Shown here piece by piece: positions 8,614 to 18,836 of a stretch of 53,797 bases of DNA. Position numbers and translations under genes: made by a program. Position 1 is the stretch's first letter; each line of letters begins with the position of its first letter. The notes below the pieces were generated by a model. That model saw only the letters and a list, made by a program, of their open reading frames with translations. It was not told the DNA's origin and made no database searches. The DNA comes from Candidatus Parvarchaeota archaeon (lineage in GTDB: Archaea; Nanobdellota; Nanobdellia; Parvarchaeales; Parvarchaeaceae): the NCBI GenBank assembly GCA_023378865.1, contig JAMCSP010000026.1, positions 1 to 53,797 of the forward strand, written 5' to 3'.

Positions 8614-9834
8614 ATGCCAAATGTAACATTTTATTTTGAAGTACACCAGCCTTACAGGCTAAAGAGAGTTTATTCTTTTATAGAGAACAAGGAATTCATA
8701 GACGTAGATAGGAACAGGGAGATATTTAACAAGGTTGCAGACAAATGTTATATACCCATGACAAAGCTGCTGATAGACCTTGTAAAGGAATATCCCGAGT
8801 TTAAGGTCAATTTTTCTTTGACAGGCGTTTTTATGGAACAAGCAGAGATGTTCAGGCCAGAGGTTATCCAGCTTTTTCAGGAGTTGTTTGACACAGGGAA
8901 TATGGAATTGCTTGATGAAACATATTATCATTCTCTTTCATATCTTATAGACAAGCAGGAGTTCATAGAGCAGGTAAAGCAGCATAAATCATTGATGTAC
9001 CATTACTTTAAATTCCATCCGAAAATATTCAGAAACACCGAAGCGTTGTACTCAAATGATATCGCCGAAACAGTTGGAAAAATGGGTTATAACGGCATAA
9101 TAGCAGAAGGCTGGGAAAGAATATTGGGGTGGCGTTCACCTAACTATATTTACAGGGACCCCGGAGAAAATATAAAGGTTCTTCTAAGAAACTATAAGTT
9201 AAGCGATGACATAGCCTTCAGGTTTTCAACTCCTACGTGGAATGAATTCCCATTGACAGCTGATAAGTATTCCAACTGGGTAGCAAACAACGAAGGAAGT
9301 ACGGTAAACCTTTTTATGGACTATGAAACTTTTGGTGAACATCAATGGAAAGAAACAGGAATATTTGATTTTATGAGGGATCTGCCGGGCAAGCTAATAA
9401 GCAAGGGGGTCGGGTTTAACAAGGTATCAGAGGCAGTAAAACAAAAAGCAGCAGGCGTTGTAGACGTTCCATATTACCTTTCATGGGCGGACATGGACAG
9501 AGATTTATCTGCATGGCTTGGAAACCAGATGCAGGATGCAGCGTTCAATAAACTAAAAGCAATGGAAAGTGAAGTCCTACTTTCAGGGAATGAGGAACTA
9601 ATAAAAAGGTGGAGGATATTGCAGACCTCTGACAACTTTTATTACATGTGCACAAAATGGTTTTCCGACGGTGATATACACAAATATTTTAATGCTTATT
9701 CTTCTCCGTATGTAGCCTATTTGAATTATATGAACATAATATCACAGCTTGATTCTATGGTCAAAGCCTTCTTAAAGCAGCGTCATAAGCCTCAAGATAA
9801 ACAGGAAGGAACTTATCCCAGCCAAACTGACTAG
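8614..9834 (+). CDS. Glycoside hydrolase family 57 (alpha-amylase-like)
   Basis: FEVHQPYRL, ETYYHSL, FRNTE, LSDDIAFRFS, FMDYETFGEH and LQTSD motifs. Confidence 0.93.
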   Translation: MPNVTFYFEVHQPYRLKRVYSFIENKEFIDVDRNREIFNKVADKCYIPMTKLLIDLVKEYPEFKVNFSLTGVFMEQAEMFRPEVIQLFQELFDTGNMELLDETYYHSLSYLIDKQEFIEQVKQHKSLMYHYFKFHPKIFRNTEALYSNDIAETVGKMGYNGIIAEGWERILGWRSPNYIYRDPGENIKVLLRNYKLSDDIAFRFSTPTWNEFPLTADKYSNWVANNEGSTVNLFMDYETFGEHQWKETGIFDFMRDLPGKLISKGVGFNKVSEAVKQKAAGVVDVPYYLSWADMDRDLSAWLGNQMQDAAFNKLKAMESEVLLSGNEELIKRWRILQTSDNFYYMCTKWFSDGDIHKYFNAYSSPYVAYLNYMNIISQLDSMVKAFLKQRHKPQDKQEGTYPSQTD

Positions 9835-11530
9835 CCAGATCATTCGCAGATATCTTCAATTTCAAAAGATCATCATCATCCATAAGTGCTATCTTAAGCA
9901 TATCTTTAGCTATCTGCACTATGCAATCTTCTCTTTTTCTTCCGAGCATTCTTTCAACAAAAACTCCCTTGTATCCATTATTGTAATCATTTAAAAGGTA
10001 CTGGCCAAAGCCGCTGTAATCCGATGTGAATGAGATTGACATGTATGCTGCCGCTTCCAAAGGAGTGTAGCCGAAAGGCTCATATTTTGAAAGGAAAAAT
10101 CCTGCAGTTGAAAGTGCAAGCATCTCATAGTAAGTAAGGTTAAGCAGTTCATCTCCTACTGCAAGGTACTTTGGATAGAATACAACCTTTACATGGTTTT
10201 CTACGGAATTATTAAGGTTGTTTTCTTTGAGTTTGTTTATTATTGCATCGTCGTTTTCAGAGTACGAAAGTATAAAAGGAGTAAGCGGGGGGTTTGTTGG
10301 CTTAGGTCTTCTAAGCTGTTTAATCAGCCTTTTTGAGTCGTTTATTATCTTGCTGTAAGCTTTGTCGATAGTGCCCTCCTCCATCTCTATTGAAGAAGCT
10401 ATAACGGAATCAAAGTTCTTCACGTCTTCATCCAAAGCTGATTTTATGCTCATATAAGTAAGATAGTTTGCCACTACATCATTTCTTACTCCTATCGTAC
10501 CAGATGGAACCGCTATAAGTGCTATAACGTAGCTGCCGTCTGTAAGCATTTTATCAAGTTTACCGAGCGCATCTATGAAAACATCATAGCCTTTATCATA
10601 AAATTCGTATCTGCCGCTTGTTATGAATACCCTTATGTTGCTTGGGTTAAGATCGTAATAAGGGAGGAAGTATGCATTCAGGAAATTATCAAGTTTCTTC
10701 TTTGCGTTTACCCTCATGGCAGTGAGTTCATCTGTCAACGGCAGGTTATCAGTGTCTATTCCATTTATTGTCACAAAATCTGGCTTTTTACCAAGTATTA
10801 TATTTGCTTCCTTTGCCACTACTCTGCTTACAGCTGTGAATATAGTTGCGTTGAATGCACCTGCTTTTTCCGTAAAGTGTTTTGCAGCTACCCCATATTT
10901 ATAAGGCATATCCGGTGTTATTCCGGTGTTTGCAATTACATATGCATTAGTGTTTCCGCCGGAATATGATATAGCTCTTCCAAGCACTGTAGCATGGACT
11001 GTAAACACCGTCGGTATTTTCACGTTTTTGTATTTTAAGTAAAGTATTGCTCCTGCAGAAAGCCATTCATGTACCTGTACTACTATGGGCTGCTTAATTG
11101 TTTTGCTCAATGCTTCTATTACAGCTCCTGCAGCATATGACCATGCAAGTGGTTCATTGTAATCCTCCGGCGAATTTAATGAGTCTATCTTGAAGCTGTC
11201 CCAAAAATCCTTTTTTATCTCGTTTATGTGTTTATTTTCAAATTCCTTTGCATCTATTAATATGAGGTTTACATCATGAGCAGAAGACCATTTTCCGAAG
11301 TATACCTTTACTCCGTCAAGCTTTACGTCTCCCATTGCATCTTTTATATATTGGGGAGGAGGGCTTTCCATGAATTCAACGGCTGCCTGATTTGGGTTAT
11401 AAAAGCCTATTGCTAGATAATTGTCCCCAAATTGTTTTTTCATGTATGCTGATTTAGAAGTCAAAACTGTCCATATCCCTCCCACCTTATTGCCGGCTTC
11501 AAATGATACCTCTATTAGAAATTTGTCCAT
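9761..11530 (-). CDS. Glycogen synthase, GT3 family
   Basis: EVSFEAGNKVGGIWTV, HEWLS, FTVHATVLGR, SGRYEFYDKG and SKYEPFGYTPLE motifs. Confidence 0.88.
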   Translation of the reverse strand: MDKFLIEVSFEAGNKVGGIWTVLTSKSAYMKKQFGDNYLAIGFYNPNQAAVEFMESPPPQYIKDAMGDVKLDGVKVYFGKWSSAHDVNLILIDAKEFENKHINEIKKDFWDSFKIDSLNSPEDYNEPLAWSYAAGAVIEALSKTIKQPIVVQVHEWLSAGAILYLKYKNVKIPTVFTVHATVLGRAISYSGGNTNAYVIANTGITPDMPYKYGVAAKHFTEKAGAFNATIFTAVSRVVAKEANIILGKKPDFVTINGIDTDNLPLTDELTAMRVNAKKKLDNFLNAYFLPYYDLNPSNIRVFITSGRYEFYDKGYDVFIDALGKLDKMLTDGSYVIALIAVPSGTIGVRNDVVANYLTYMSIKSALDEDVKNFDSVIASSIEMEEGTIDKAYSKIINDSKRLIKQLRRPKPTNPPLTPFILSYSENDDAIINKLKENNLNNSVENHVKVVFYPKYLAVGDELLNLTYYEMLALSTAGFFLSKYEPFGYTPLEAAAYMSISFTSDYSGFGQYLLNDYNNGYKGVFVERMLGRKREDCIVQIAKDMLKIALMDDDDLLKLKISANDLASQFGWDKFLPVYLEAYDAALRRL

Positions 11531-11607
11531 TACTTTATTGATTTTTTGTTGAATAAAAAACTATCTTAGTAGAAAGCTTTATTTATATCGCACGACATAT
11601 AAAAAGA

Positions 11608-12528
11608 ATGGTAGAAAAATTAATAATAATAGGTTCTGGTCCCGCAGGGTATACTGCTGCAATATACGCTGTAAGAGATGATTTAAATCCTTTGTTAATA
11701 AGGGGATTTGAAGTAGGCGGTCAGCTTATGCTTACGTCAGCAGTGGAAAACTTTCCCGGTTTCAAATCAATCTTAGGGCCGGATCTTATGGATAAGGTGG
11801 CAGAGCAGGTTAAAGCACTGAACTGCAGAGTAATAGATGATAATGTTTCCAAAGTTGATCTTAACGTTTATCCCTACAAAGTTTTCGTTGGCGATAAGGA
11901 ATATGAAACATATTCCATAATAATATCAACCGGTGCATCAGCCAGGTGGCTTGGATTGGAGAACGAGAAAAGGCTGATAGGAAAAGGAGTTTCCGGTTGT
12001 GCAGTCTGTGATGGGGCATTCTTCAAAAACAAAAGCGTTGTAGTGGTAGGAGGCGGGGACAGCGCAATGGAAGATGCAAGCTATCTTTCTACTCTTACAA
12101 GTTCAGTAACTTTGATTCACAGGAGGCATGAATTTAGGGCAAGCAAAATAATGCAGGACAGGGTTCTTTCTAACAATAAGATAAAAATAATCTGGGACAG
12201 TGAAGTGATAGATGTGTTGGGAAAAGAGCATGTAGAAGGCGTTAAAATAAAAAACCTGAAGACTAATGAAGAAAGCGAATTAAAGACCGATGGGCTTTTC
12301 CTGGCAATAGGCCATAATCCAAATACAGAGATTTTCAAAGGCTATCTCGATTTGGATGAAAACGGGTACATAAAGACAAGGGAGTTTACAAAGACCAGTA
12401 AAGAAGGTGTGTTTGCAGCGGGCGATGTTCAAGACAAACGTTACAAGCAGGCGGTTATCGCAGCAGGTTGGGGAAGCATGTGTGCAATAGACGCAAGAAA
12501 ATTCTTAGAAGAAAAAGGCCTAAACTGA
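11608..12528 (+). CDS. trxB: Thioredoxin reductase
   Basis: GSGPAGYTAAIY, CAVCDG, GGGDSA, HRR and FAAGDV motifs. Confidence 0.95.
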   Translation: MVEKLIIIGSGPAGYTAAIYAVRDDLNPLLIRGFEVGGQLMLTSAVENFPGFKSILGPDLMDKVAEQVKALNCRVIDDNVSKVDLNVYPYKVFVGDKEYETYSIIISTGASARWLGLENEKRLIGKGVSGCAVCDGAFFKNKSVVVVGGGDSAMEDASYLSTLTSSVTLIHRRHEFRASKIMQDRVLSNNKIKIIWDSEVIDVLGKEHVEGVKIKNLKTNEESELKTDGLFLAIGHNPNTEIFKGYLDLDENGYIKTREFTKTSKEGVFAAGDVQDKRYKQAVIAAGWGSMCAIDARKFLEEKGLN

Positions 12529-13491
12529 TTTTGTAATTTCCCTGAATTTTTTAACGTAATCCTCAGGTACCATAGTATTTACAAATACATTCTGGCCAAG
12601 CTCTATGCCCGCTAAGTTTGAAAGCCTTGGATAGATTTCTATGTGCATGTGATAATCCTTTTCTTTCTTGTTTTCGTGTATCACAAAGTTGTATGCCTGT
12701 TCCCCGAAAAGTTTTTTGTTTGTCTGTATTATTTTTTTAAGTCCTTCAACAAGCTGTTCTTTTTCTTCCTGGCTTAAATCCATTATATAGTTAACATGTC
12801 TTTTCGGCAGTATCATAGACTCACCTGAAAATCTTGATCCGTATGGTGCAATCGCTGCTACCTTTTCAGTTTCAAATAATACTCTTTGTTCTTCTTTTTT
12901 TATCGCATCCTCGTAGATGCAGGAATGGTTTTCTTTCAGATATTTCTTTGCTATATCTATCTCTACTGCAGGCGTGCCTAGGATTTCCGGCCAGGCTATT
13001 ATCTGCGTATGCGGGTGGCCTATGCTTGCCCCTCCAGAAGCTCCATAATTTTTGAAGACCATTACGTGCTTTATGTAATTCCTTGAATACAGGTCTTCTT
13101 CCCTTTCTATAAGTGTATTTAGCCATTCAAGTGATTTTTTGAGATCCATATTTTCAAATTTATCGAAATGCTTTGGGCTTTCTATCAAGACTTCATTGTA
13201 TCCATATCCTGCTATTGATGGGAAAAAGCCGTCTTCGTACTCTAAAGGAGTGTGTCCGTCCAATTCTGGAAATTTGTTTCTTATTACCATGGTTGTCCAA
13301 GGCTCATTTACGTGCATTATCTCTAGGTTAATTCTATCCACAGTATCCGGTTCAAACGGGCAGTCTTTAAGATTCTTTGCGCCTTCATCTTCTGTTTCCA
13401 GTTCCTTTGGCCTGTGTTCTCTTCCAGGAACTATGACTGAATAATAGCCTGTTCTATAGTCTCTTCTTATCTCGCTGTATTGGCTGTCCAT
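12520..13491 (-). CDS. galT: GalT-family sugar-1-phosphate nucleotidyltransferase
   Basis: CPF, NKFP, FKNYG..GGASIGHPHTQI and HMHIEIYPR motifs. Confidence 0.88.
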   Translation of the reverse strand: MDSQYSEIRRDYRTGYYSVIVPGREHRPKELETEDEGAKNLKDCPFEPDTVDRINLEIMHVNEPWTTMVIRNKFPELDGHTPLEYEDGFFPSIAGYGYNEVLIESPKHFDKFENMDLKKSLEWLNTLIEREEDLYSRNYIKHVMVFKNYGASGGASIGHPHTQIIAWPEILGTPAVEIDIAKKYLKENHSCIYEDAIKKEEQRVLFETEKVAAIAPYGSRFSGESMILPKRHVNYIMDLSQEEKEQLVEGLKKIIQTNKKLFGEQAYNFVIHENKKEKDYHMHIEIYPRLSNLAGIELGQNVFVNTMVPEDYVKKFREITKSV

Positions 13492-13616
13492 TTCTTATTA
13501 AAGTAATTTTTTAATTTAAAGTTTTAATTGATGCTATTTAAATAAATGCTTTGTAAGAAAAGCTGTTAACGTTAATAGGTGTATGAGCTGCAAAACCTAT
13601 TAAAACAGTGGAAAAC

Positions 13617-13695
13617 TTTAAATATAACACTAAACTCTATTAGAGATATCAATGCAAGCATGCATTGAAGATATCTAAGTTATTAGAAGGAGGTA
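13617..13695 (+). promoter_or_regulatory. Thermosome promoter, leader inverted repeat and Shine-Dalgarno
   Basis: TTTAAATA at 13617, AGATATCAATGCA-AGCA-TGCATTG(AAG)ATATCT at 13644-13676, and GGAGGT before the ATG. Confidence 0.6.
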
Positions 13696-13699
13696 CAAT

Positions 13700-15340
13700 A
13701 TGGCAGAAGGAATTCAACCAATTTTCATCTTACCAGAAGGATATAATAGGACAAGCGGAAAAGATGCACAGAGGAATAACATAGCTGCGGCTAAAGCTGT
13801 AGCAAACGCAGTAAAATCTACTTTAGGCCCAAGAGGAATGGACAAGATGCTTGTTGATAATATAGGAGATATAACAATAACGAATGATGGCGTGACTGTT
13901 TTGAAGAGCATGGAGATAGAAAATCCCGCAGCAAAGATGATAGTAGAAGTTGCAAAGACACAGGAAGAAGAGGTCGGGGATGGAACAACTACTGCAGTTA
14001 TAATCGCGGGAGAACTGCTTAAGAACGCAGAAACTCTTCTGGACCAGAGCATACATCCAACATTGGTTGCAAGAGGCTACAGGCTTGCAGCAAACAAAGC
14101 ACAGGAGATTTTGGACAAGATAAAATTGCACCTTGACATAGCCAATAAAGAAGATCTTAGCAGGATAGTCAAAACTGCAATAGTGGGTAAAAGCACCGGG
14201 GCGGATGCTCATATAGTTTCATTAATAGTAGATGCAGTTCAGCATGTAAAGTCAATGTCAGGCAAGAATGATACTCTGGATTTGGATGACATAAAAGTCG
14301 AGAAGAAGGTAGGCGGCGGTCTGCTGGATTCAAGACTGATAAAAGGAGTAATAATAGACAAGGAAAAAGTACATCCTGATATGCCGGATGAAATTAAAAA
14401 CGCAAAGGTTGCACTTCTGAATCTTGCACTTGAAATAGAAAAGACAAACATAGATGCACAGATAAGGATAGAAAAACCGGAACAATTACAGGCATTCCTT
14501 GATGAAGAGGAAAACATGCTAAGGGAGATGGTTGAGAAAATAAAAGCATCCGGAGCAAATGTAGTTATAGTACAGAAGGGAATAGACGATACGGCACAGC
14601 ACTTTCTTTCAAAAGCAGGGATACTGGCATTCCGCAGGGTATCTGAAAGCGACATGAAAAAGATTGGAAAGGCAACAGGCGCAAAAGTTGTAGCAACTCT
14701 TGATGAATTGGGCAAAGAAAGCCTGGGAGAAGCAGGAATCGTGCACGTTGAGAAACTTGCAGGAGAAACGCTTGCATTGATAGAAGAATGCAAGAATCCA
14801 AAGGCAGTAACAATACTAGTAAGGGGCGGAACAGAACATGTTGTAGATGAAATACAAAGGGCTATAGATGACAGCCTTGGAGATCTTAAATCAGTTATAG
14901 AAGATGGCGGTTCCATAGTAGCTGGCGGGGGAGCAGCAGAACTTGAGGTATCAAAGAACCTCAGGGACTTTGCAACCGGTCTTGAAGGCAGGGAACAGCT
15001 TGCAGTGAATTCATTTGCAGATGCATTGGAAGTAGTTCCTAAAACATTGGCAGAAAACGCAGGCCTGGATCCTATAGACATACTTGTTGAATTAAGAGCG
15101 GAGCATCAAAAAGGAAAAACCTGGGCAGGTGTAAACCTTTTGGACGTATATAAACCACAGGTGTCTGATATGTATAAAGAAGGAGTAATCGAGCCTTTAA
15201 GGACTAAAAAACAGGCGATAAAAAGTGCAAGCGAGGTCGCCGTTATGATCCTTAGAATAGACGATATAATAGCAGCAGGCAAGTCTGCAAATCAGCAGCC
15301 GCAGATGCCACCTGGTGGAATGGGAGGTTACGGAGATTAA
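13700..15340 (+). CDS. ths: Thermosome (group II chaperonin) subunit
   Basis: [26 protein letters not shown] and a GGMGG tail. Confidence 0.97.
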   Translation: MAEGIQPIFILPEGYNRTSGKDAQRNNIAAAKAVANAVKSTLGPRGMDKMLVDNIGDITITNDGVTVLKSMEIENPAAKMIVEVAKTQEEEVGDGTTTAVIIAGELLKNAETLLDQSIHPTLVARGYRLAANKAQEILDKIKLHLDIANKEDLSRIVKTAIVGKSTGADAHIVSLIVDAVQHVKSMSGKNDTLDLDDIKVEKKVGGGLLDSRLIKGVIIDKEKVHPDMPDEIKNAKVALLNLALEIEKTNIDAQIRIEKPEQLQAFLDEEENMLREMVEKIKASGANVVIVQKGIDDTAQHFLSKAGILAFRRVSESDMKKIGKATGAKVVATLDELGKESLGEAGIVHVEKLAGETLALIEECKNPKAVTILVRGGTEHVVDEIQRAIDDSLGDLKSVIEDGGSIVAGGGAAELEVSKNLRDFATGLEGREQLAVNSFADALEVVPKTLAENAGLDPIDILVELRAEHQKGKTWAGVNLLDVYKPQVSDMYKEGVIEPLRTKKQAIKSASEVAVMILRIDDIIAAGKSANQQPQMPPGGMGGYGD

Positions 15341-15342
15341 TT

Positions 15343-15579
15343 ATGTCAGAAAATGTTTTGAGTAGGCCATTGGATCTTTTGAATTCGGCAAAGGGAAAAA
15401 TGGTTTTAGTAGAACTTAAGAATGGTCATGCTATAACAGGTAAATTGGTAGCATTTGATGTTCATATAAACGTTACTTTGGAAAACGCGGAAGAAAAGAA
15501 AGACGCAGATACTCTTAGAAAGCTGGGAAACGTATTTGTAAGGGGTGACACTATAATCCTTATTTCTCCAACTATATGA
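15343..15579 (+). CDS. Sm-like (Lsm) protein
   Basis: RPLDLL, GKLVAFDVHIN and VFVRGDTI Sm motifs; conserved Lsm-L37e order. Confidence 0.93.
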   Translation: MSENVLSRPLDLLNSAKGKMVLVELKNGHAITGKLVAFDVHINVTLENAEEKKDADTLRKLGNVFVRGDTIILISPTI

Positions 15580-15758
15580 GCACAGCATCAATGGGTTTGC
15601 ACAATAGAAAACAGCCGCATGTAACATGCAGAAGGTGCGGCAAGGAATCCTACTTAAAGAGAAAACATTACTGTTCACATTGTGGTTATGGCAGAAGTTC
15701 AAAATTGAAGGCTTACGCCTGGAACAATAAAACCGTAAACGGTAAAAGAAAAGACTGA
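15576..15758 (+). CDS. rpl37e: 50S ribosomal protein L37e
   Basis: HVTCRRCG...YCSHCGYGRS motif. Confidence 0.95.
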   Translation: MSTASMGLHNRKQPHVTCRRCGKESYLKRKHYCSHCGYGRSSKLKAYAWNNKTVNGKRKD

Positions 15759-15762
15759 TTAA

Positions 15763-16479
15763 ATGTCAGAGAAGATTAAAGCAAAGGCATTGATATTTGA
15801 TTTTGATAATACTCTAGTAGATACACATTCCGCTATAAGCGGAGCATACTCAAGGATTGTTGAATTGATTTCTCTAAATTCCGGAATGGACAGCGGCTAT
15901 CTAATGCAGCAGCTTTTAAAGGCGCAGAAGGAAGTAATCGACGATGTTCCGCTGGTTTCAAGGCAGTATGACAGGAAAGCAGTCATAAAGAAAATGAATG
16001 AAAACCTGTCGCTTAACATGGATGAAAAGCAGGTAGAGGAGCTTTCTCAAATATTCTACAATTTTATACTGGAAAAAATAAGCTATTCAAGCGACACCGA
16101 AGAAATTCTAAAGGCCTTAAAAACAAGGGGCAAAAAGCTAGGGCTTTTGACAGATACAGATGTAAGGCCTGGTTTAAAGAAAAGGAGGCTTAACAGTTTA
16201 GGCTTTACAAAGCTGTTTGACGCAGTTTTAATCGCAGGAGAGGATATTCCTCAGAGAAAGAACAGTTCCATACCCTTTATCGAGCTGGCTAGGCTATTAA
16301 ATGCAGAGCCGGAAAGCACACTTGTAATAGGAGACAGGATGGATGCAGATATAGACAATGCAAAAGAGGCTGGCATGAAAGCAGTACTTATAGACAAGTA
16401 CTTGCCTCCAAACACAGGAATCCATGAGCCTGATGCAGTTATACACGAGCTTAAACAGCTTTTAGAGATTGTAGATTAA
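15763..16479 (+). CDS. HAD-superfamily hydrolase (paralog of 3654-4382)
   Basis: FDFDNTLVDT and IGDRMDADI motifs. Confidence 0.9.
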   Translation: MSEKIKAKALIFDFDNTLVDTHSAISGAYSRIVELISLNSGMDSGYLMQQLLKAQKEVIDDVPLVSRQYDRKAVIKKMNENLSLNMDEKQVEELSQIFYNFILEKISYSSDTEEILKALKTRGKKLGLLTDTDVRPGLKKRRLNSLGFTKLFDAVLIAGEDIPQRKNSSIPFIELARLLNAEPESTLVIGDRMDADIDNAKEAGMKAVLIDKYLPPNTGIHEPDAVIHELKQLLEIVD

Positions 16480-16512
16480 TGATTATTAATATTTAAAGGG
16501 CTTTAAAATTAA

Positions 16513-17661
16513 ATGGAAAAGCTTAATGTAACGCCTTGGGAAGTGAGCGGTGAGCTAAATGATAATGCTTATTCTAAGTTAGTAGAGAGGTTCGGCGTTG
16601 ATCTAATAAATGATAATCTTCTAAGCAGAATAAAAAAGATTGCAAACGGAAAGCTTCACCCCTTACTTAGCAGAAATGTTTTCTTTGCCCATAGAGAGCT
16701 TAATCTTGTTTTGGATGACTATGAGAACGGTAAACCCTTTTATCTTTATACAGGAAGGGGCCCATCAGGAAAGATGCATATAGGCCACTTGCTACCGTTT
16801 ACATTTACTCTTTGGCTGCAGAAAACTTTCAACGTGGATTTGCTTATACAATTAACAGACGATGAAAAGTTTCTGGTAGGCAGCAGGGAGAAAAGCGAGA
16901 TAGAGAAATTTACAAATGACAATATACTTGACATAATAAGCTTAGGTTTTGATCCGAAAAAGACGCACATAATAGCAGATTACAAAAGCGCTAAAACTCT
17001 GTATTATTATGCAACAGATGTTGCAAAGCACATCACAGTGTCAACCATAAAGGCTGTTTTTGGCGTTAATGACAGCGATAATATAGGAAAGCTATTCTTT
17101 CCTTCAATGCAGATCACTCCCGCTTTTCTTCTTTCAGCTTTAAGAGGCAAAAATATGAGATGTCTTATACCCTATGCAATAGATCAGGATCCGTACTTCA
17201 GGGTTGCAAGGGATGTGCTTCCGAAATTAGGGTATTACAAGCCCTCTGCAATAATCTCAAAGTTTTTACCGTCATTGCAGGGCAATTCAGCAAAGATGTC
17301 TTCGTCAAAGGAAGAAAGTGCAATATTCTTAGAGGACAGCAAGGAGCAGGTCAGGAAAAAATTAATGAAATATGCATTTTCCGGCGGCAGGGATACACTG
17401 GAAGAGCAGAGAAAGTACGGCGCAAATCCAGATATAGACTTTGCATTTCTTGAATACAGCTTTTTAGAGGAAGACCAGGGAAAGGTAGACAAAGTATACC
17501 AGGAATACAAATCAGGTAAGATACTAAGCGGGGAAATGAAGGAGATAGCGGCTGAAAAAATATCAAGCTTTCTAGAGTCATTGAAGACTAAAAAGGAAAA
17601 GATGAAAGACAAAGTAGAAGAATATATGTTTAATCCAGAGAAAATAAAACTTTCTAACTAA
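16513..17661 (+). CDS. trpS: Tryptophanyl-tRNA synthetase
   Basis: VTPWEV, YTGRGPS..MHIGH, AIDQDPYFR and KMSSS motifs. Confidence 0.97.
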   Translation: MEKLNVTPWEVSGELNDNAYSKLVERFGVDLINDNLLSRIKKIANGKLHPLLSRNVFFAHRELNLVLDDYENGKPFYLYTGRGPSGKMHIGHLLPFTFTLWLQKTFNVDLLIQLTDDEKFLVGSREKSEIEKFTNDNILDIISLGFDPKKTHIIADYKSAKTLYYYATDVAKHITVSTIKAVFGVNDSDNIGKLFFPSMQITPAFLLSALRGKNMRCLIPYAIDQDPYFRVARDVLPKLGYYKPSAIISKFLPSLQGNSAKMSSSKEESAIFLEDSKEQVRKKLMKYAFSGGRDTLEEQRKYGANPDIDFAFLEYSFLEEDQGKVDKVYQEYKSGKILSGEMKEIAAEKISSFLESLKTKKEKMKDKVEEYMFNPEKIKLSN

Positions 17662-17719
17662 GCACGTACTTTATTTTCTTCCATAAAACTTATATTCTTG
17701 GAAAACTACAATTAATAGT

Positions 17720-18208
17720 ATGCAGTTTAATCAAGCAAGGCTCAATCTGATTGTACTTATAATAATAAGTGTGATAGCAGTTATAGCAGTGGGCGGAGAT
17801 ATAGCTGCTTCTTTTTCAGTGGTGTTCAAGCCAATCAGTATTGTAAGCTTTACCTATTTCGTTGAAATTGCACTGATAACCGCTAGGATAGCAACGTTAG
17901 CAGGGGCATTAGTAACGGTTGTTTTTGTAGCACTGATACTGCTTGTTAACGCTAAACATACAAAAGACAGGGCCCCCTGGACAGGTTTTTTTCTGAATAA
18001 GGAGAGATCAAAGCAGTTTATCAGAAGAATAGAGATTCTGCTTTTATTCGGCTTCTTGGCTACAGTTGTTTTTGCTGTAAATGCAGTTACAAAGTTATTT
18101 CTTGCATACGGTTTGGTTGCAGCTTTTTGGCTTCTTGCCGTTTTATCGCTTCTAATAGCCGGCTTTTCATACGATCTTTACTTTAATTACTTTAGGAGGT
18201 TCTCATGA
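17720..18208 (+). CDS. Hypothetical membrane protein
   Basis: About 4 TM segments; ATGA overlap with the next gene. Confidence 0.65.
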   Translation: MQFNQARLNLIVLIIISVIAVIAVGGDIAASFSVVFKPISIVSFTYFVEIALITARIATLAGALVTVVFVALILLVNAKHTKDRAPWTGFFLNKERSKQFIRRIEILLLFGFLATVVFAVNAVTKLFLAYGLVAAFWLLAVLSLLIAGFSYDLYFNYFRRFS

Positions 18209-18534
18209 GTTTCAGCATCCCGCTTCCAGTTGCGCTTTTGATTGCGGCCGCATGGGTTATAGCCTTCTTTATGTTTTATGCTAACATGCGTAAGATGGAT
18301 AGATTTTTGGTTCTTTTCTTTGCAAATCCAAAAAAGAAGGTATTGGGTTTAATTATTATACTTGCAAGCATGGTTGCTATCTCAGCAAGTTATATCGTAA
18401 CTCTGATTCAATACTTTTTAAATCCTGCATTAGTTACTTCTTCATTTCTGCAGGGAACCTATATATCTGGGTTTTACGGCGATGCAATTGCATTGCCATT
18501 AATTGTTTTGGGCTTTATCCTGTTTTCAATGTAA
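18205..18534 (+). CDS. Hypothetical membrane protein
   Basis: About 3 TM segments; GGAGGT SD upstream. Confidence 0.65.
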   Translation: MSFSIPLPVALLIAAAWVIAFFMFYANMRKMDRFLVLFFANPKKKVLGLIIILASMVAISASYIVTLIQYFLNPALVTSSFLQGTYISGFYGDAIALPLIVLGFILFSM

Positions 18535-18605
18535 TCTTTTTTTGTCTTTCAATCTTAAAAGGGAAAAGTATTTATATTGGTAATTATATATAATTATTAG
18601 TAATT

Positions 18606-18827
18606 ATGGAAGAACAAAAATTTACAACGGTTTCAATACCAAAACCCTTGGCGGATAAAGCCAAGAAGCTTATAGAGAAAACGGGTTTTACATCGCTTTC
18701 AAGCTTTGTAGAATATCTGCTCAGGGAGATAGTCTCTGAAAGCAGTGAAGACAAAAAGAAAAGCGAAGAAAAAGATGAGCGGGTGCTCGATCTTGAGGAC
18801 AAACTTAGGAAACTGGGTTATATGTAG
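18606..18827 (+). CDS. CopG/ribbon-helix-helix protein with C-terminal LRKLGYM
   Basis: FTTVSIPKPLADK...GFTSLSSFVEYLLRE fits the RHH pattern. Confidence 0.82.
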   Translation: MEEQKFTTVSIPKPLADKAKKLIEKTGFTSLSSFVEYLLREIVSESSEDKKKSEEKDERVLDLEDKLRKLGYM

Positions 18828-18836
18828 GAGGTTAAC

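Noticed and set aside
14239-15081. 280-aa antisense ORF and other shadow ORFs opposite conserved genes
   Set aside because: They lie fully opposite well-supported genes and have Ser/Phe/Ile-rich antisense composition.
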